The notes below the pieces were generated by a model. It was not told the DNA's origin. It saw only the letters and a list, made by a program, of their open reading frames with translations, and searched no databases. The position numbers and the translations under genes are program-made. 53,324 nucleotides of DNA. Source: Macrostomum lignano (Eukaryota). The DNA lies in the NCBI GenBank assembly GCA_002269645.1, contig NIVC01003769.1, positions 1 through 53,324 of the forward strand, in the 5' to 3' direction. The first letter of the stretch is position 1; every line of letters begins with the position of its first letter. Of the stretch, positions 1 to 10,899 are shown in pieces.

Positions 1-920
1 AGATGGGATTGAGATGAGATTGAGATGGGATTTGAGATGAGATTGAGATGAGATTGAGATGAGATTGAGATGGGATTTGAGATGGGATTTGAGATGGGAT
101 TAACATGAGATTGATGAGATGTGAAATGAGATTGAGATGAGGTTGAGATGAGGTTGAGATGAGACTGAGATTGAGATTGAGATGATACTGAGATGAGAAC
201 TGAGATGAGATGAGATTGAGATGGGATTAAGATGTGATTAAGATTAATGAGATGAAATTGAGATGAGATTGAGAGAGATCGGATGAAATTGCGATGAGAT
301 TTAGATGAGATTGAAATGAGATTGAGATGAGATTGAGATAAGATTGAGATGGGATTGAATGTGGATTAAGATGAGGTTGAGATGAGGTTGAGATGAACTG
401 AGATTGAGATGAGATTGAGATGGGATTGAGATGGAATTAGATGAGATTGAGATGGGATTGAGATAAGACTAAGATGAGACTGAGATGAGATGAGATGAGA
501 TTGAGATGAGACTGAGATGAGACTGAGATGAGATGAGATTGAGATGGGATTAAGATGAGATTAAGATTAATGAGATGAAATTGAGATGAGATGAGAGAGA
601 TCGGATGAAATTGCGATGAGATTGAGATGAGATTGAAATGAGATTGAGATGAGATTGAGATGAGATTGAAATGAGATTGAAATGAAATTGAGATGAGATT
701 GAGATGAGATATAGATGAGATTGAGATGAGATTGAGATGGATTAAGATGAGATTGAGATAAGACTGAGATAAGACTGAGATGAGACTGAGATGAGACTGA
801 GATTGAGATTGAGATGAGACTGAGATGAGACTGAGATGAGATTGAGATGGGATTAAGATGAGATTGAGATTAATGAGATGAGATTGAGATGAGATTGAGA
901 TGAGATTAAGAGGAGATTGA
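1..920. repeat. Degenerate (GAGAT/GAGATT)n microsatellite, in the presumed upstream intron of sim
   Basis: Continuous 5-6 bp GAGAT/GATTGA units seen directly. Confidence 0.95.
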
Positions 921-1070
921 GATGACAGGGAGATGTTATTTTGAATAGATAGCCCGGAAATTTTTGACAAGATTCAATCAGGTAAGACCGATAATTAGAA
1001 GCTAGTAAATAATAATATTTACTGCAAACGCATTGAGAGTAAAATCGCACTCCATAAACTTCGTTCCAAG

Positions 1071-1219
1071 TACTCAGCAAAGGCCAGTCCAGTGTCGGTT
1101 GCTACCGTTGCTAGGGAAGCTCGGCGGCTGGATCTGGGTGCACACAAGCCTGACAATGGTGCATAGCTCTCGTCTGCCACCAGATCCAACTGTATTGTTG
1201 GAGTGAGCAGCATCTTGTC
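1071..1219 (+). CDS. sim: single-minded-like bHLH-PAS gene, PAS-B/PAC exon (two apparent 1-bp deletions)
   Basis: Acceptor ttccaag|TA and donor TC|gtgagt. Joining three frames gives LSKGQSSVGCYR-LLGKLGGWIWVHTSLTMVHSSR-SATRSNCIVGVSSILS, which matches SIM [49 protein letters not shown]. The phase 1/phase 2 boundaries match those I recall for vertebrate SIM exon 8. Confidence 0.8.
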
Positions 1220-1367
1220 GTGAGTGCTCCGAATTTTGGGCTTAATGTTGCTCACTACTTACAACAGTGAGTAGGACAAATTCGACTAAGATTTTAGCAT
1301 TCATGCGTTCACAAAGTACGAAGACTGGGTGTGATAGACTCGAACATATGTGCAATCAACTTTTGAG

Positions 1368-2395
1368 ACAGGTGTGATCAATATTGAGACACCTGTGATC
1401 AATATTGAGGCAGGTGTGATCAATATTGAGACACCTGTGATCAATATTGAGACACCTGTGATCAATATTGAGGCAGGTGTGATCAGCATAAAGAGTAGGT
1501 GTGATCAACATAAAGAGTAGGTGTGATCAACATAAAGAGTAGGCGTGATCAACCTATATGTAAAGAGTAGGTGTGATCAGCATAAAGAGTAGGTGTGATC
1601 AGCATAAAGAGTAGGTGTGATCAGCATAAAGAGTAGGTGTGATCAGCATAAAGAGTAGGTGTGATCAGCATAAAGAGTAGGTGTGATCAGCATAAAGAGT
1701 AGGTGTGATCAGCATAAAGAGTAGGTGTGATCAACATAAAGAGTAGGTGTGATCAACATAAAGAGTAGGTGTGATCAGCATAAAGAGTAGGTGTGATCAA
1801 CCTATATGTAAAGAGTAGGTGTGATCAGCATAAAGAGTAGGTGTGATCAGCATAAAGAGTAGGTGTGATCAACATAAAGAGTAGGTGTGATCAACATAAA
1901 GAGTAGGTGTGATCAACATAAAGAGTAGGTGTGATCAACTCACGAGTCAGTGTGATCAACATTTGAGACAGGTGTGATCAATATTGAGACAGGTGTGATC
2001 AATATTGAGACAGGTGTGATCAATATTGAGACAGGTGTGATCAATATTGAGACAGGTGTGATCAATATTGAGACAGGTGTGATCAATATTGAGACAGGTG
2101 TGATCAATATTGAGACAGGTGTGATCAATATTGAGACAGGTGTGATCAATATTGAGACAGGTGTGATCAATATTGAGACAGGTGTGATCAATATTGAGAC
2201 AGGTGTGATCAATATTGAGACAGGTGTGATCAATATTGAGACAGGTGTGATCAATATTGAGACAGGTGTGATCAATATTGAGACAGGTGTGATCAATATT
2301 GAGACAGGTGTGATCAATATTGAGACAGGTGTGATCAATATTGAGACAGGTGTGATCAATATTGAGACAGGTGTGATCAACTCATGGGACAGGTG
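1368..2395. repeat. Composite intronic minisatellite: 21-bp AGGTGTGATCAATATTGAGAC and 22-bp AGGTGTGATCAGCATAAAGAGT blocks
   Basis: Three blocks (about 1368-1485, 1486-1938, 1960-2395) share the AGGTGTGATCA core. Confidence 0.95.
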
Positions 2396-2456
2396 TGACC
2401 AAATATGAGACTAGTTAACCCGAATTACTATACAGGGAAACCGAATTACTATACAG

Positions 2457-3068
2457 GGAACCCGAGCACGAGTCAATGCAGTTGCTACTGCAACCTCTGC
2501 CGCTGCCGCTGCCTCCGCCGCAGTGGCACCGAAATCAAGTCAGCCGGATGTGGTTGCTTCCACAACAGCAGCTCCAGCGAACAGATCGGTCGTCAAGCCT
2601 GGCATGAAGCAGCAGCACCGTGTGGAGCCTTACTCGTGCAATAGGAAGCCGCAACGACAAAAGAGACTGTTGAGACAGCAGCAGCAACAGCAGCAGCAAC
2701 AGCAGCAGCAACAGCAGCAGCAACAGCAGCAACAGCAGCAGCGGCAGCAGCAAACAACTCACTGGGATTCAAGCCCAACTCTGCCACCGTTAGCAACCGC
2801 TATAGCTACAAGCGATCAACAATCAACCAGATGGAGCTACGACAGCTACACAATCTATGAGCAGCACCAGAAGAGGAACCAGTTCTACTATAATTACCAG
2901 ATGTACAACAGCAGTAACCATGGCAACATTTGGGATTTACAATCGGTTGAGCCGGGAATTGGGATGACAATTTCGGCCGCTCCGACCGCTGTCATTGTTG
3001 GTGCCGATGGCTCGGACGGTGGCAACTCAACCGCAGCCTCAACGGATCTTTGGAATCGGTGCTGCTGA
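2457..3068 (+). CDS. sim: sim-like terminal exon (polyA/polyQ low-complexity C-terminus; apparent frameshift near 2485)
   Basis: Acceptor tatacag|G. In phase 2 it reads EPEHESMQL, similar to SIM EIEYKELQL. It then shifts to the long frame ATATSAAAAA...polyQ...DLWNRCC* (ORF 2523-3068). Confidence 0.65.
   Translation, partial: GTRARVNAVATATSAAAAASAAVAPKSSQPDVVASTTAAPANRSVVKPGMKQQHRVEPYSCNRKPQRQKRLLRQQQQQQQQQQQQQQQQQQQQQQRQQQTTHWDSSPTLPPLATAIATSDQQSTRWSYDSYTIYEQHQKRNQFYYNYQMYNSSNHGNIWDLQSVEPGIGMTISAAPTAVIVGADGSDGGNSTAASTDLWNRCC
2677..2752 (+). repeat. CAG/CAA trinucleotide repeat (polyQ) in the sim last exon
   Basis: Seen directly. Confidence 0.95.
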
Positions 3069-3099
3069 CGTAATAGTGGCGCCGACCCCCCAAGTCTTA

Positions 3100-3272
3100 C
3101 CTAAATTCATATGCGGTGTGACCCCAGTCTGACCTAAATTCATATGCGGTGTGACCCCAGTCTGACCTAAATTCATATGCGGTGTGACCCCAGTCTGACC
3201 TAAATTCATATGCGGTGTGACCCCAGTCTGACCTAAATTCATATGCGGTGTGACCACAGTTTGACCTAAATG
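3100..3272. repeat. 33-bp minisatellite, about 5 copies
   Basis: Unit GACCCCAGTCTGACCTAAATTCATATGCGGTGT. Confidence 0.95.
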
Positions 3273-3562
3273 AGCCTTGCCAGCTTGTTTATACATTCTA
3301 ACTTAACACTGTGGACCTGTCACGTGATTTTAATAGAGTATGACTCATAACGTAACCTAATCACACTATATTAAAAATAAACACCAGCTAAACAAAAACC
3401 CTTTCTTTTTTATTACTTTCCTGGAAGTAAGAGGTTGAAAAAAAATTTCGATCTAAAAATTTTTTAGATAGAAACTACTATAAATGTTGCGCAAAAACAC
3501 AAATGACTAATGGTACAGGACTGAGAGCCGCTGACTTTATTGGATTAATAAATGGCTAACGT

Positions 3563-4037
3563 GTGAGAGAGACAGGTAAATAAGCACAGGTAAAGGTGAA
3601 AGAGACAGATGGATAAGGACAGGTAAAGTTGAGAGAGACAGATGGATAAGGACAGGTAAAGGTAAGAGAGAGACAGGCAGATAAGGACAGGTAGAGGTGA
3701 GAGAGACAGATGGATAAGGACAGGCAAAGGTGAAAGAGACAGGTGGATAAGGACAGGTAAAGGTGGGAGAGACAGGTAGATAAGGACAGGTAGAGGTGAG
3801 AGAGACAGATGGATAAGGACAGGTAGAGGTGAGAGAGACAGATGGATAAGGACAGGCAAAGGTGAGAGAGACAGGTGGATAAGGACAGGCAAAGTGAGAG
3901 AGACAGGTGGATAAGGACAGGTAAAGGTGAGAGAGACAGGTAGATAAGGACAGGTAAAGGTGAGAGAGAGACAGGCAGATAAGGACAGGTAGAGGTGAGA
4001 GAGACAGGTAGATAAGGACAGGTAAAGGTCAGAGACA
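3563..4037. repeat. ~33-bp purine-rich minisatellite
   Basis: Unit approximately GAGAGAGACAGGTGGATAAGGACAGGTAAAGGT. Confidence 0.9.
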
Positions 4038-4159
4038 GGGGAAACCATGCCGGAAATTCAGCAAAGCAACAGAAACACTCATGAGCATATTCAAGAGACG
4101 CCTAAAGTCCACAAATCCCCAAAATCCTGTTTTCCAAGAAACCGCATCGGCTAAGGACC

Positions 4160-4645
4160 CTACTGCTGCAGGTAGAGTTTTCCTAGAATCACGCCGGCAG
4201 CAACGCCGGCCAGGCAGAGCAGCATCGCCCCCGAGTCGGTGGTTGGTGGTCGAAAAAATCGATAAAAAGCAACAACGACCGACACGGGCGCCGCGGCAAC
4301 TGCCGCGAGAGTCGCCGAAGTTGACGAAGCTGCCTCGGCCAGCTGGCGCAGATGACGCCGCCGACGGGCCTCGCGGCGTAGGCCAACTTTGCGCAGTCGC
4401 AGCTCCTCCTGGCACAGTCTGGCGTTCTCCTGCCGCAGTCGGTGCAGCTCGGCCTCCAGCTGCTCCTCCAGCTGCTCCTCGGGCGAGCGCTGGTCTCTGG
4501 GCGAATCCGAGGCATTCGACGCGTTGCTTTCGCTGTCCTGCTGGATCGTCGCCGACTGCAGCTGCTCAATCCATCGAGTAGCCGCTGTTGAGTTCTTTAG
4601 TGGCCATGAGGCCGAGGCTGGGCCGCCAACTGGGATTCTGCTCAC
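4160..4645 (-). CDS. Divergent VAP paralog, exon 3 (coiled coil + C-terminal TM)
   Basis: Acceptor ctgcag|GTG. Encodes the coiled coil ELHRLRQENARLCQEELRLRK and a TM ending GVAAGVILGKLYLQQ*, similar to VAP C-termini. Confidence 0.85.
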   Translation of the reverse strand: MSRIPVGGPASASWPLKNSTAATRWIEQLQSATIQQDSESNASNASDSPRDQRSPEEQLEEQLEAELHRLRQENARLCQEELRLRKVGLRREARRRRHLRQLAEAASSTSATLAAVAAAPVSVVVAFYRFFRPPTTDSGAMLLCLAGVAAGVILGKLYLQQ

Positions 4646-4699
4646 CTGCAGGCAGGTCCCGATGCCAATGCGCCATCGGTGCACTCGGACATTTGCTGG

Positions 4700-4988
4700 T
4701 TTGGCCAGCCAACACCCCAACCCGTCCCCTCCCCACCTCCCCCATTTGGCCAGCCAAACCCTAGCCCGTCCCCACCACCCCACTTGCTGATTTGGCCAGC
4801 CAACACCCCAACCCCTCCTCACCACCCCACTTGCTGATTTGGCCAGCCAACACCCCAACCCCTCCCCACCACCCCACTTGCTGATTGGCCAGCGAACACC
4901 CCAACCCCTCCCACCACCCCATTTGCTGATTGGCCAGCCAACACCACAACCCGTCACCCTCCCCACCTCCCCCATTTGGCCAGCCAAG
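4700..4988. repeat. ~44-bp minisatellite in intron 2 of the divergent VAP
   Basis: Repeated TTGGCCAGCCAACACCCCAACCCCTCCCCCACCACCCCACTTGCTGA-like unit. Confidence 0.85.
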
Positions 4989-5016
4989 CAAACCCCTAAG
5001 CTTAAAGTCAACTCAC

Positions 5017-5286
5017 ATTGAGCCGATAGCACATCACATCTCTCGGCGTGGCGGCCTTCCACAAAGCATCCACGCTTTGATGATTTAAAGCGCCAGGTTT
5101 CACTACCATAGTTTGAATCATAAACTTGTGCTGTGGCGATTGATTTAAGTGGACATTATCGATTTCCGAATCCTCATCTGGCTCGGACAGCGGGAGCAGC
5201 GTGATGGCCACCTCGAGCTCGCTGAATGGCTGCAGTAGTCCAATGTTTGGCCGTACGCTGTAACACTTTGGTACCGTTGTTTTCAC
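5017..5286 (-). CDS. Divergent VAP paralog, exon 2 (MSP domain)
   Basis: VKTTVPKCYSVRPNIG...HKFMIQ...DALWKAATPRDVMCYRLN; acceptor aag|GTG, donor AAT|gtgagt, phase 0. Confidence 0.9.
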
Positions 5287-5360
5287 CTTTGAATTGGTCG
5301 AATGCGAACACGAGTAAATACTCTAAAAATAGCGATATACTGCATCACTGTTCCGTGCTG

Positions 5361-5445
5361 GGCGTAGCCAGTATTTTATTTTATGAGGGGCACCAGCAGC
5401 AGAGGCGCCAGCAGCAGAGGCGCCAGCACCAGAGGCGCTAGCACT
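5361..5445 (+). mobile_element. hAT-type MITE remnant in VAP paralog intron 1
   Basis: GGCGTAGCCAG terminus-like motif followed by GGGGCACCAGCA/GGCGCCAGCA/GGCGCTAGCA repeats; similar to the reverse complement of 48880-49158. Confidence 0.45.
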
Positions 5446-5626
5446 CAGACAGCCAATCAGAATCGAGAGCCAACAAGAATCAGGAGCCAATAAGAATCGA
5501 GAGCCAATAGGAGTCGAGAGCCAATAAGAATCGAGAGCCAATAAGAATCAAGAGCCAATAAGAATCAAGAGCCAATAAGAATCGAGAGCCATGCAATAAA
5601 AATCGAGAGCCAATCAGAATCAAGAG
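5446..5626. repeat. 17-bp minisatellite (AGAGCCAATAAGAATCG) in VAP paralog intron 1
   Basis: About 10 copies seen. Confidence 0.9.
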
Positions 5627-5759
5627 AAGAGCAGAAAATTAAGCGAGGGACAGACAGGGTCAGAAAATGCCCCGTGAACTATATCTAAAATGTCTCAGAC
5701 TAGGACTGTATCGAGTGATGAATGCTTGAAAGTGGAATCACAACAGCTTTCAAACTTAC

Positions 5760-5870
5760 CTTAAAGGTGAGAATATAGGTATCTTGATTGCACAGTCGGA
5801 GCAACGAAGTTATGGGCTTATTAAAAGGGCCTCGAAATTCGAGTTCAGACTCAGGCAAAATTTTCAGCAT
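5760..5870 (-). CDS. Divergent VAP paralog, exon 1 (MSP N-terminus)
   Basis: MLKILPESELEFRGPFNKPITSLLRLCNQDTYILTFK then donor AAG|gtaagt; start codon inferred. Confidence 0.85.
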
Positions 5871-6139
5871 CTCTGCAACTGGCCAACGTAGGAAGACCCG
5901 CAGGTAAATTCCAGCTCTGCAGGGTTCGTGAATTGTAAATCTCTAGTTATGGATTATTCGCTTGAAATAGTAAATTTTTATTAGTGAAAAAAAAGACTGA
6001 AGTAACAAATAATGACTATAGCGACGTGTACTTTTCTTAGCTAAGTGGACGCGTACATGTACTTTTATTAGCTGCACGTAATCGAGTGGTGCAAAAATGC
6101 AAACGAGCTAAGCTTTAGGAATAGGCTTTGTTGTCGTGA

Positions 6140-6912
6140 CATGATTCAATAAATCATTTGATGTATCAATTAACAAAACAATCTATAAATGATTAATCGA
6201 GTAATAAATCAATCAATCAATCAACCCACCAATCAATCCATCAACAAATCGATCAAACCAACCAATCAATCAATTAACAAATTTATCAATTTATCAACTA
6301 TCAATCGATCAACCAATCAAACAATTAACAAATCAATCAATCGATCAACGAATCAATCAACCAACAAATAAATCAATCAATCGATCAACAAATCAATCAA
6401 TCAATGAATCAATCAATCGATCAACAAATCAATCAATCGATCAACAAATCAATCAATTGATCAACGAATCAACGAATAGATTAACAAATCAATCGATCAA
6501 CGAATTAATCAATCGATCAATGAAGAATGAATCAATCGATCAATGAATCAATCAACCAACAAATCAATCAATCAATCGATCAACGAATCCATCAATCGAT
6601 CAATGAATCAATCAATCGATCAACAAATCAATCAATTGATCAACGAATCAACGAATAGATTAACAAATCAATCGATCAACAAACCAATCAATCGATCAAC
6701 GAATTAATCAATCGATCAATGAGTTAATCAATCGATCAATGAATCAATCAATCGATCAACAAATCAATCAATTGATCAACGAATCAACGAATAGATTAAC
6801 AAATCAATCGATCAACAAACCAATCAATCGATCAACGAATTAATCAATCGATCAATGAGTTAATCAATCGATCAATGAATCAATCAATCGATCAACGAAT
6901 CAATAATTAATC
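6140..6912. repeat. Degenerate (ATCA/ATCG)n microsatellite
   Basis: Seen directly. Confidence 0.95.
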
Positions 6913-7344
6913 GTTCAATACCTAAATATACAAGTCAATTAATATATGTACGTGTTAATAAAAAATCTAGCATAAGATTACATCAATCTAGTCAATTCGT
7001 GCTTTTTTAAAACTTCGGCCCTTTAAAATTATCATCGTACCTCAACTGAAGAAACGCACACGGGAACTTACCACAACTGATTATCGACTGACCTATCGAT
7101 GGACATTTAAATTAAATTAAATTAATTATTACACGCCAGAGTTCCGATACCAGATTATAAATCACAAGTAAACAAACCTTTCAAGTTGGTTTTCAGTTTT
7201 GAGCATACATATTGACCATAGATAAGGGGAACCTTTGCTTTACCGAAGTAATACTTTCTATGATTTATATCATATATCGTACCTTTAGGCCTTTTGTTTG
7301 AATGCATTTTGAGATTAATATGACACAGTTACAGACTCCTACTA

Positions 7345-7925
7345 ATTATGGCGCCACAATGACTTGGTTTAATGATGGCGCCACAATAAATCGGCCTTAT
7401 GATGGCGCCACACTGACTCGGCCTAATGATGGCGCCACACTGACTCACCCCAATGATGGCGCCACAATGACTTAATTCAATAATGGCGCCACAATGATTC
7501 GGCCCAATGATGGCGCCACAATAACTCAACCTAATGATGGCGCCAAAATGATTTAACCTAATGATAGCGCCACAATGACTCAGCCAAATGATGGCGCCAC
7601 AATAACTCAACCTAATGATGGCGCCAAAATGATTTAACCTAATGATAGCGCCACAATGACTCAGCCAAATGATGGCGCCACAATAACTCAACCTAATGAT
7701 GGCGCCAAAATGATTTAACCTAATGATGGCGCCAAAATGATTTAACCTAATGATGGCGCCAAAATGATTTAACCTAATGATAGCGCCACATTGACCCAAC
7801 CTAGTAATGGCGCCACAATGACCCAACCCTAATAATGGCGCAACTATGACCCAACCTAATAATGGCGCAACTATGACCCAACCCTAATAATGGCGCAACT
7901 ATGACTAAGCTTAATGATGGCGTGA
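7345..7925. repeat. 27-bp minisatellite with GGCGCC core
   Basis: Unit approximately AATGATGGCGCCAAAATGATTTAACCT. Confidence 0.9.
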
Positions 7926-9659
7926 ACTAGAAGAAAATTGAAATCAACAAACAGTGAATAGAGGCCAAGAAGTAATCATTAGTCTGCTGAAATTTTCTGC
8001 AGCAAAAGTTCATTCACGAATTGCGGCAAAAAATTACTTTGAATAATAAAACAAATTAATATATATATATATATATGTATATTTATGAAACTAAGTAGGC
8101 AAAACACACACGCGCACTTCATTCAAATGACGTCAGATATTAGTTATGCATAAATATGTTAGAATTTTATTCAGCAAGCAGGTGTAAGGTAGGGTGGCCT
8201 GAACGCATAATAATCAAATCGGCATTAACAGACTTATTAACTACAAGAGTGAAACTTTTTTCATTTAGTTACAAAATAATCAATAAGTCTTGACTTTGTC
8301 TTATTTAATAAATTGAAATAGTTAATTATGAGCGAAAACCTGACAACAGCACCACCGCAATATATATTCATGCTTATGGGTAATTAGCATATTATAATGA
8401 GCCCCCCAGCCTAAGCAACACAAAAGACTGAAATTAATTTGCAAGCTTATGAAGCAAACGAGAGAATATTATATTTCTCATTTAATTTCATAGATTTGTA
8501 AGAACAAAAAGGAAAAAATATATAGCTACTTTTTATTACTAGTAGTAGCATCGATAGTATGCGAAACAAGCATATTTAAGCAGAATAATAGTTGGTTTAT
8601 TATTAATAAGCAAATTATAACGAAAAAAAGAGAAAAATGTCAATAATCAATCAACAAGCCAAAGATTATTTTCCAACTGACAATATTGGGGATGGTCAAT
8701 GGTGTGCAGGGTGCTCTCAACATGCTTAAGAGTAATACTAATCCACATATTACTATGGTAAAGTAATTTAGTGAAATGTAATTTATTAACACAAACCTAC
8801 AAGTGGACCAAATCACAATCTGATCAGATACTACTAACAAGTAGGTAAGCAGTTTTCAAAGTCTAGCGCAATTCACGAATAGCAATAGATAAATATATGT
8901 ACTTTTTAATTAGTTAGAACCACAGATACTAGAATAAGTTCTAGACATTCCACTCAGCACATTTGCGTGCAAACTACTTTCAGTTCAGTAGTAAGTTAAA
9001 CAGAAGCATTTTAATGTATTTTTAAAGCCAAGACATTTATTGGTTTTTACCCCCACCCCAGGTCCCAGCTTAAGCCTTCCAACCGCGCCTTTCCACACTA
9101 CCCCCCGCCCAGCCCCAATTTTTATTGCCTTTCTCGGAATTCCAGCCTAAAGCTGCCATGTACATTTCAGTGGACTGGCTAATGTACATTATTGCTGAAC
9201 CAATTAGCAAGATGTTTACGCCTGCAAGCTTGTGGGCTTCTAAACTTATCAAAGCAATTTCAGCTGCCTTTATTTTTATAAAATAGCTTATGTATTCTTC
9301 ATTGCTACTGAACTGAAAGTAGACAGCTGTTTTACAAAGTAAATATGCCTGGGTGGCCCATCTAGCTATTTTAGTATCTATAGTTAGAACTGACAAAGAA
9401 AGGTGTGTGATACAAATGATAAGTAAGTAAGATATAGTACACTAAAAGAGCAGAGCCATTAATATTTTAGACAATTGAGTTACTAAGCAAAATAAAAAAC
9501 TGAGGAAAACCCGCCAAACAGGGACAGAGAAAAAACACACAACTATAAATATATATCTGACACAAGTTCAAAGTCATGCACACGGAGAACAGTGAGATAC
9601 ATAGGCAGTAACGCACACCCAATTACACCTAACAGCAGACCACAGTGCTTACATTGGTT

Positions 9660-10112
9660 ATGGGAGCTGAGAGCAAATCTCAAGGCGGAACTGAGGGCGA
9701 TTCTCAAGGCAGAACTGAGGGCGATTCTCAAGGCAGAACTGAGGGCGATTCTCAAGGCAGAACTGAGGGCGATTCTCAAGGCAGAACTGAAGGTGAATCT
9801 CAAGACAGAACTGAGGGCGATTCTCAAGGCAGAACTGAGGGCGATTCTCAAGGCAGAACTGAGGGCGATTCTCAAGGCAGAACTGAAGGTGAATCTCAAG
9901 ACAGAACTGAGGGCGATTCTCAAGGCAGAACTGAGGGCGATTCTCAAGGCAGAACTGAGGGCGATTCTCAAGGCAGAACTGAGGGCGAATCTCCTATGGG
10001 AACTGAGGGCGAATCTTCTATGGGAACTGAGGGCGATTCTCAAGGCAGAATTGAGGGCGAAACTCCTATGGGAACTGAGGGCGAAACTCCTATGGGAACT
10101 GAGGGCGAATCT
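9660..10112. repeat. 24-bp minisatellite
   Basis: Unit GAACTGAGGGCGATTCTCAAGGCA. Confidence 0.95.
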
Positions 10113-10359
10113 CTAAGGGATTACCAGATTTCATGGATCTAGCACAAATTAGCAAACATGAACACAAAAAAGACATTATTAATAATTTATACGAAAAAAA
10201 TTACTGGGTTTCAATAGCGCGGTGTTACGTAAATTACCAGATTTTAATAGGCATCATATTTTTCGCGAAAAAAAAGAATAAAAAGAAATGTCAGATTTGA
10301 CGCCAGTTTGAAGTGTCCCAGAATCCAATCAGTGATGAGGCGCCGCAGTCTATATAATT

Positions 10360-10836
10360 TCACAGGATAAACTTGCCAACAATGAGGCCCAACACTAGGG
10401 CCAATACCAGGAACAGGACAGGCGGCAGGGCCAGCACAGATTGCTGCTGCTGTTGCTGCATTTGGCCCATTGAAGCCTCGGACTGCTGCTGCTGCTGCTG
10501 CAAGTCGCTAGATTTGGTATCCCGCATAGCCAGCTTTCGGAGCCGCAGCTCCTGCTCCTGCAGTCTGGCGTTGTCGTCTTTTAGGCGTTGAATCTCCGAC
10601 TGTAGGCTGCGCAGCGAATCCGGACTGCCGGCCGCGGCGGCTGACGGGGCCGACGGCTCCTTTCTTGGCGCAGTCGGGCTGCTGCCGTCCTGCTGCTGCT
10701 TTTGCGGCTGCTTCGCCGCGGCTTGCTGCTGCTGCTGTTGGTTCTGCTTTTCTCCGGCTGGCGAAGGCGTAGAAGTGGCGGTCGCCTGGTTTGTGGGGTC
10801 CGCGCGGGCCAGGTCTGTACCGGGATCCAGGACCAC
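10360..10836 (-). CDS. VAPA: VAP (VAMP-associated protein A/B-like), exon 3 (linker, coiled coil, TM)
   Basis: Acceptor ccgcag|GTG. Encodes LQSEIQRLKDDNARLQEQELRLRKLA and TM VLFLVLALVLGLIVGKFIL*. Confidence 0.92.
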   Translation of the reverse strand: MVLDPGTDLARADPTNQATATSTPSPAGEKQNQQQQQQAAAKQPQKQQQDGSSPTAPRKEPSAPSAAAAGSPDSLRSLQSEIQRLKDDNARLQEQELRLRKLAMRDTKSSDLQQQQQQSEASMGQMQQQQQQSVLALPPVLFLVLALVLGLIVGKFIL

Positions 10837-10899
10837 CTGCGGGTTGATGGGGTATTAATGAGCGGAGTGAGGGATTTAGCGGCGAAAATGAAGGCGATT

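Noticed and set aside
437-970. Ser/Leu/Ile-rich ORF on the minus strand
   Set aside because: Translation of the GAGAT microsatellite
940-981. Possible small exon ending at CAG|gtaaga (981)
   Set aside because: No frame resembles the SIM exon expected upstream, and there is no supporting acceptor/phase evidence
1019-1255. 78-aa minus-strand ORF
   Set aside because: Antisense shadow of the sim PAS exon
1940-2408. ITPVSIL / INIETGV repeat ORFs
   Set aside because: 21-bp intronic minisatellite read in stop-free frames
8640-9396. Two short minus-strand ORFs between the VAP genes
   Set aside because: AT-rich, with no recognisable domain or consistent splice structure
9543-10142. ELRAILKA / TEGDSQGR repeat ORFs
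   Set aside because: 24-bp minisatellite open in several frames and both strands; no splice connection to a gene
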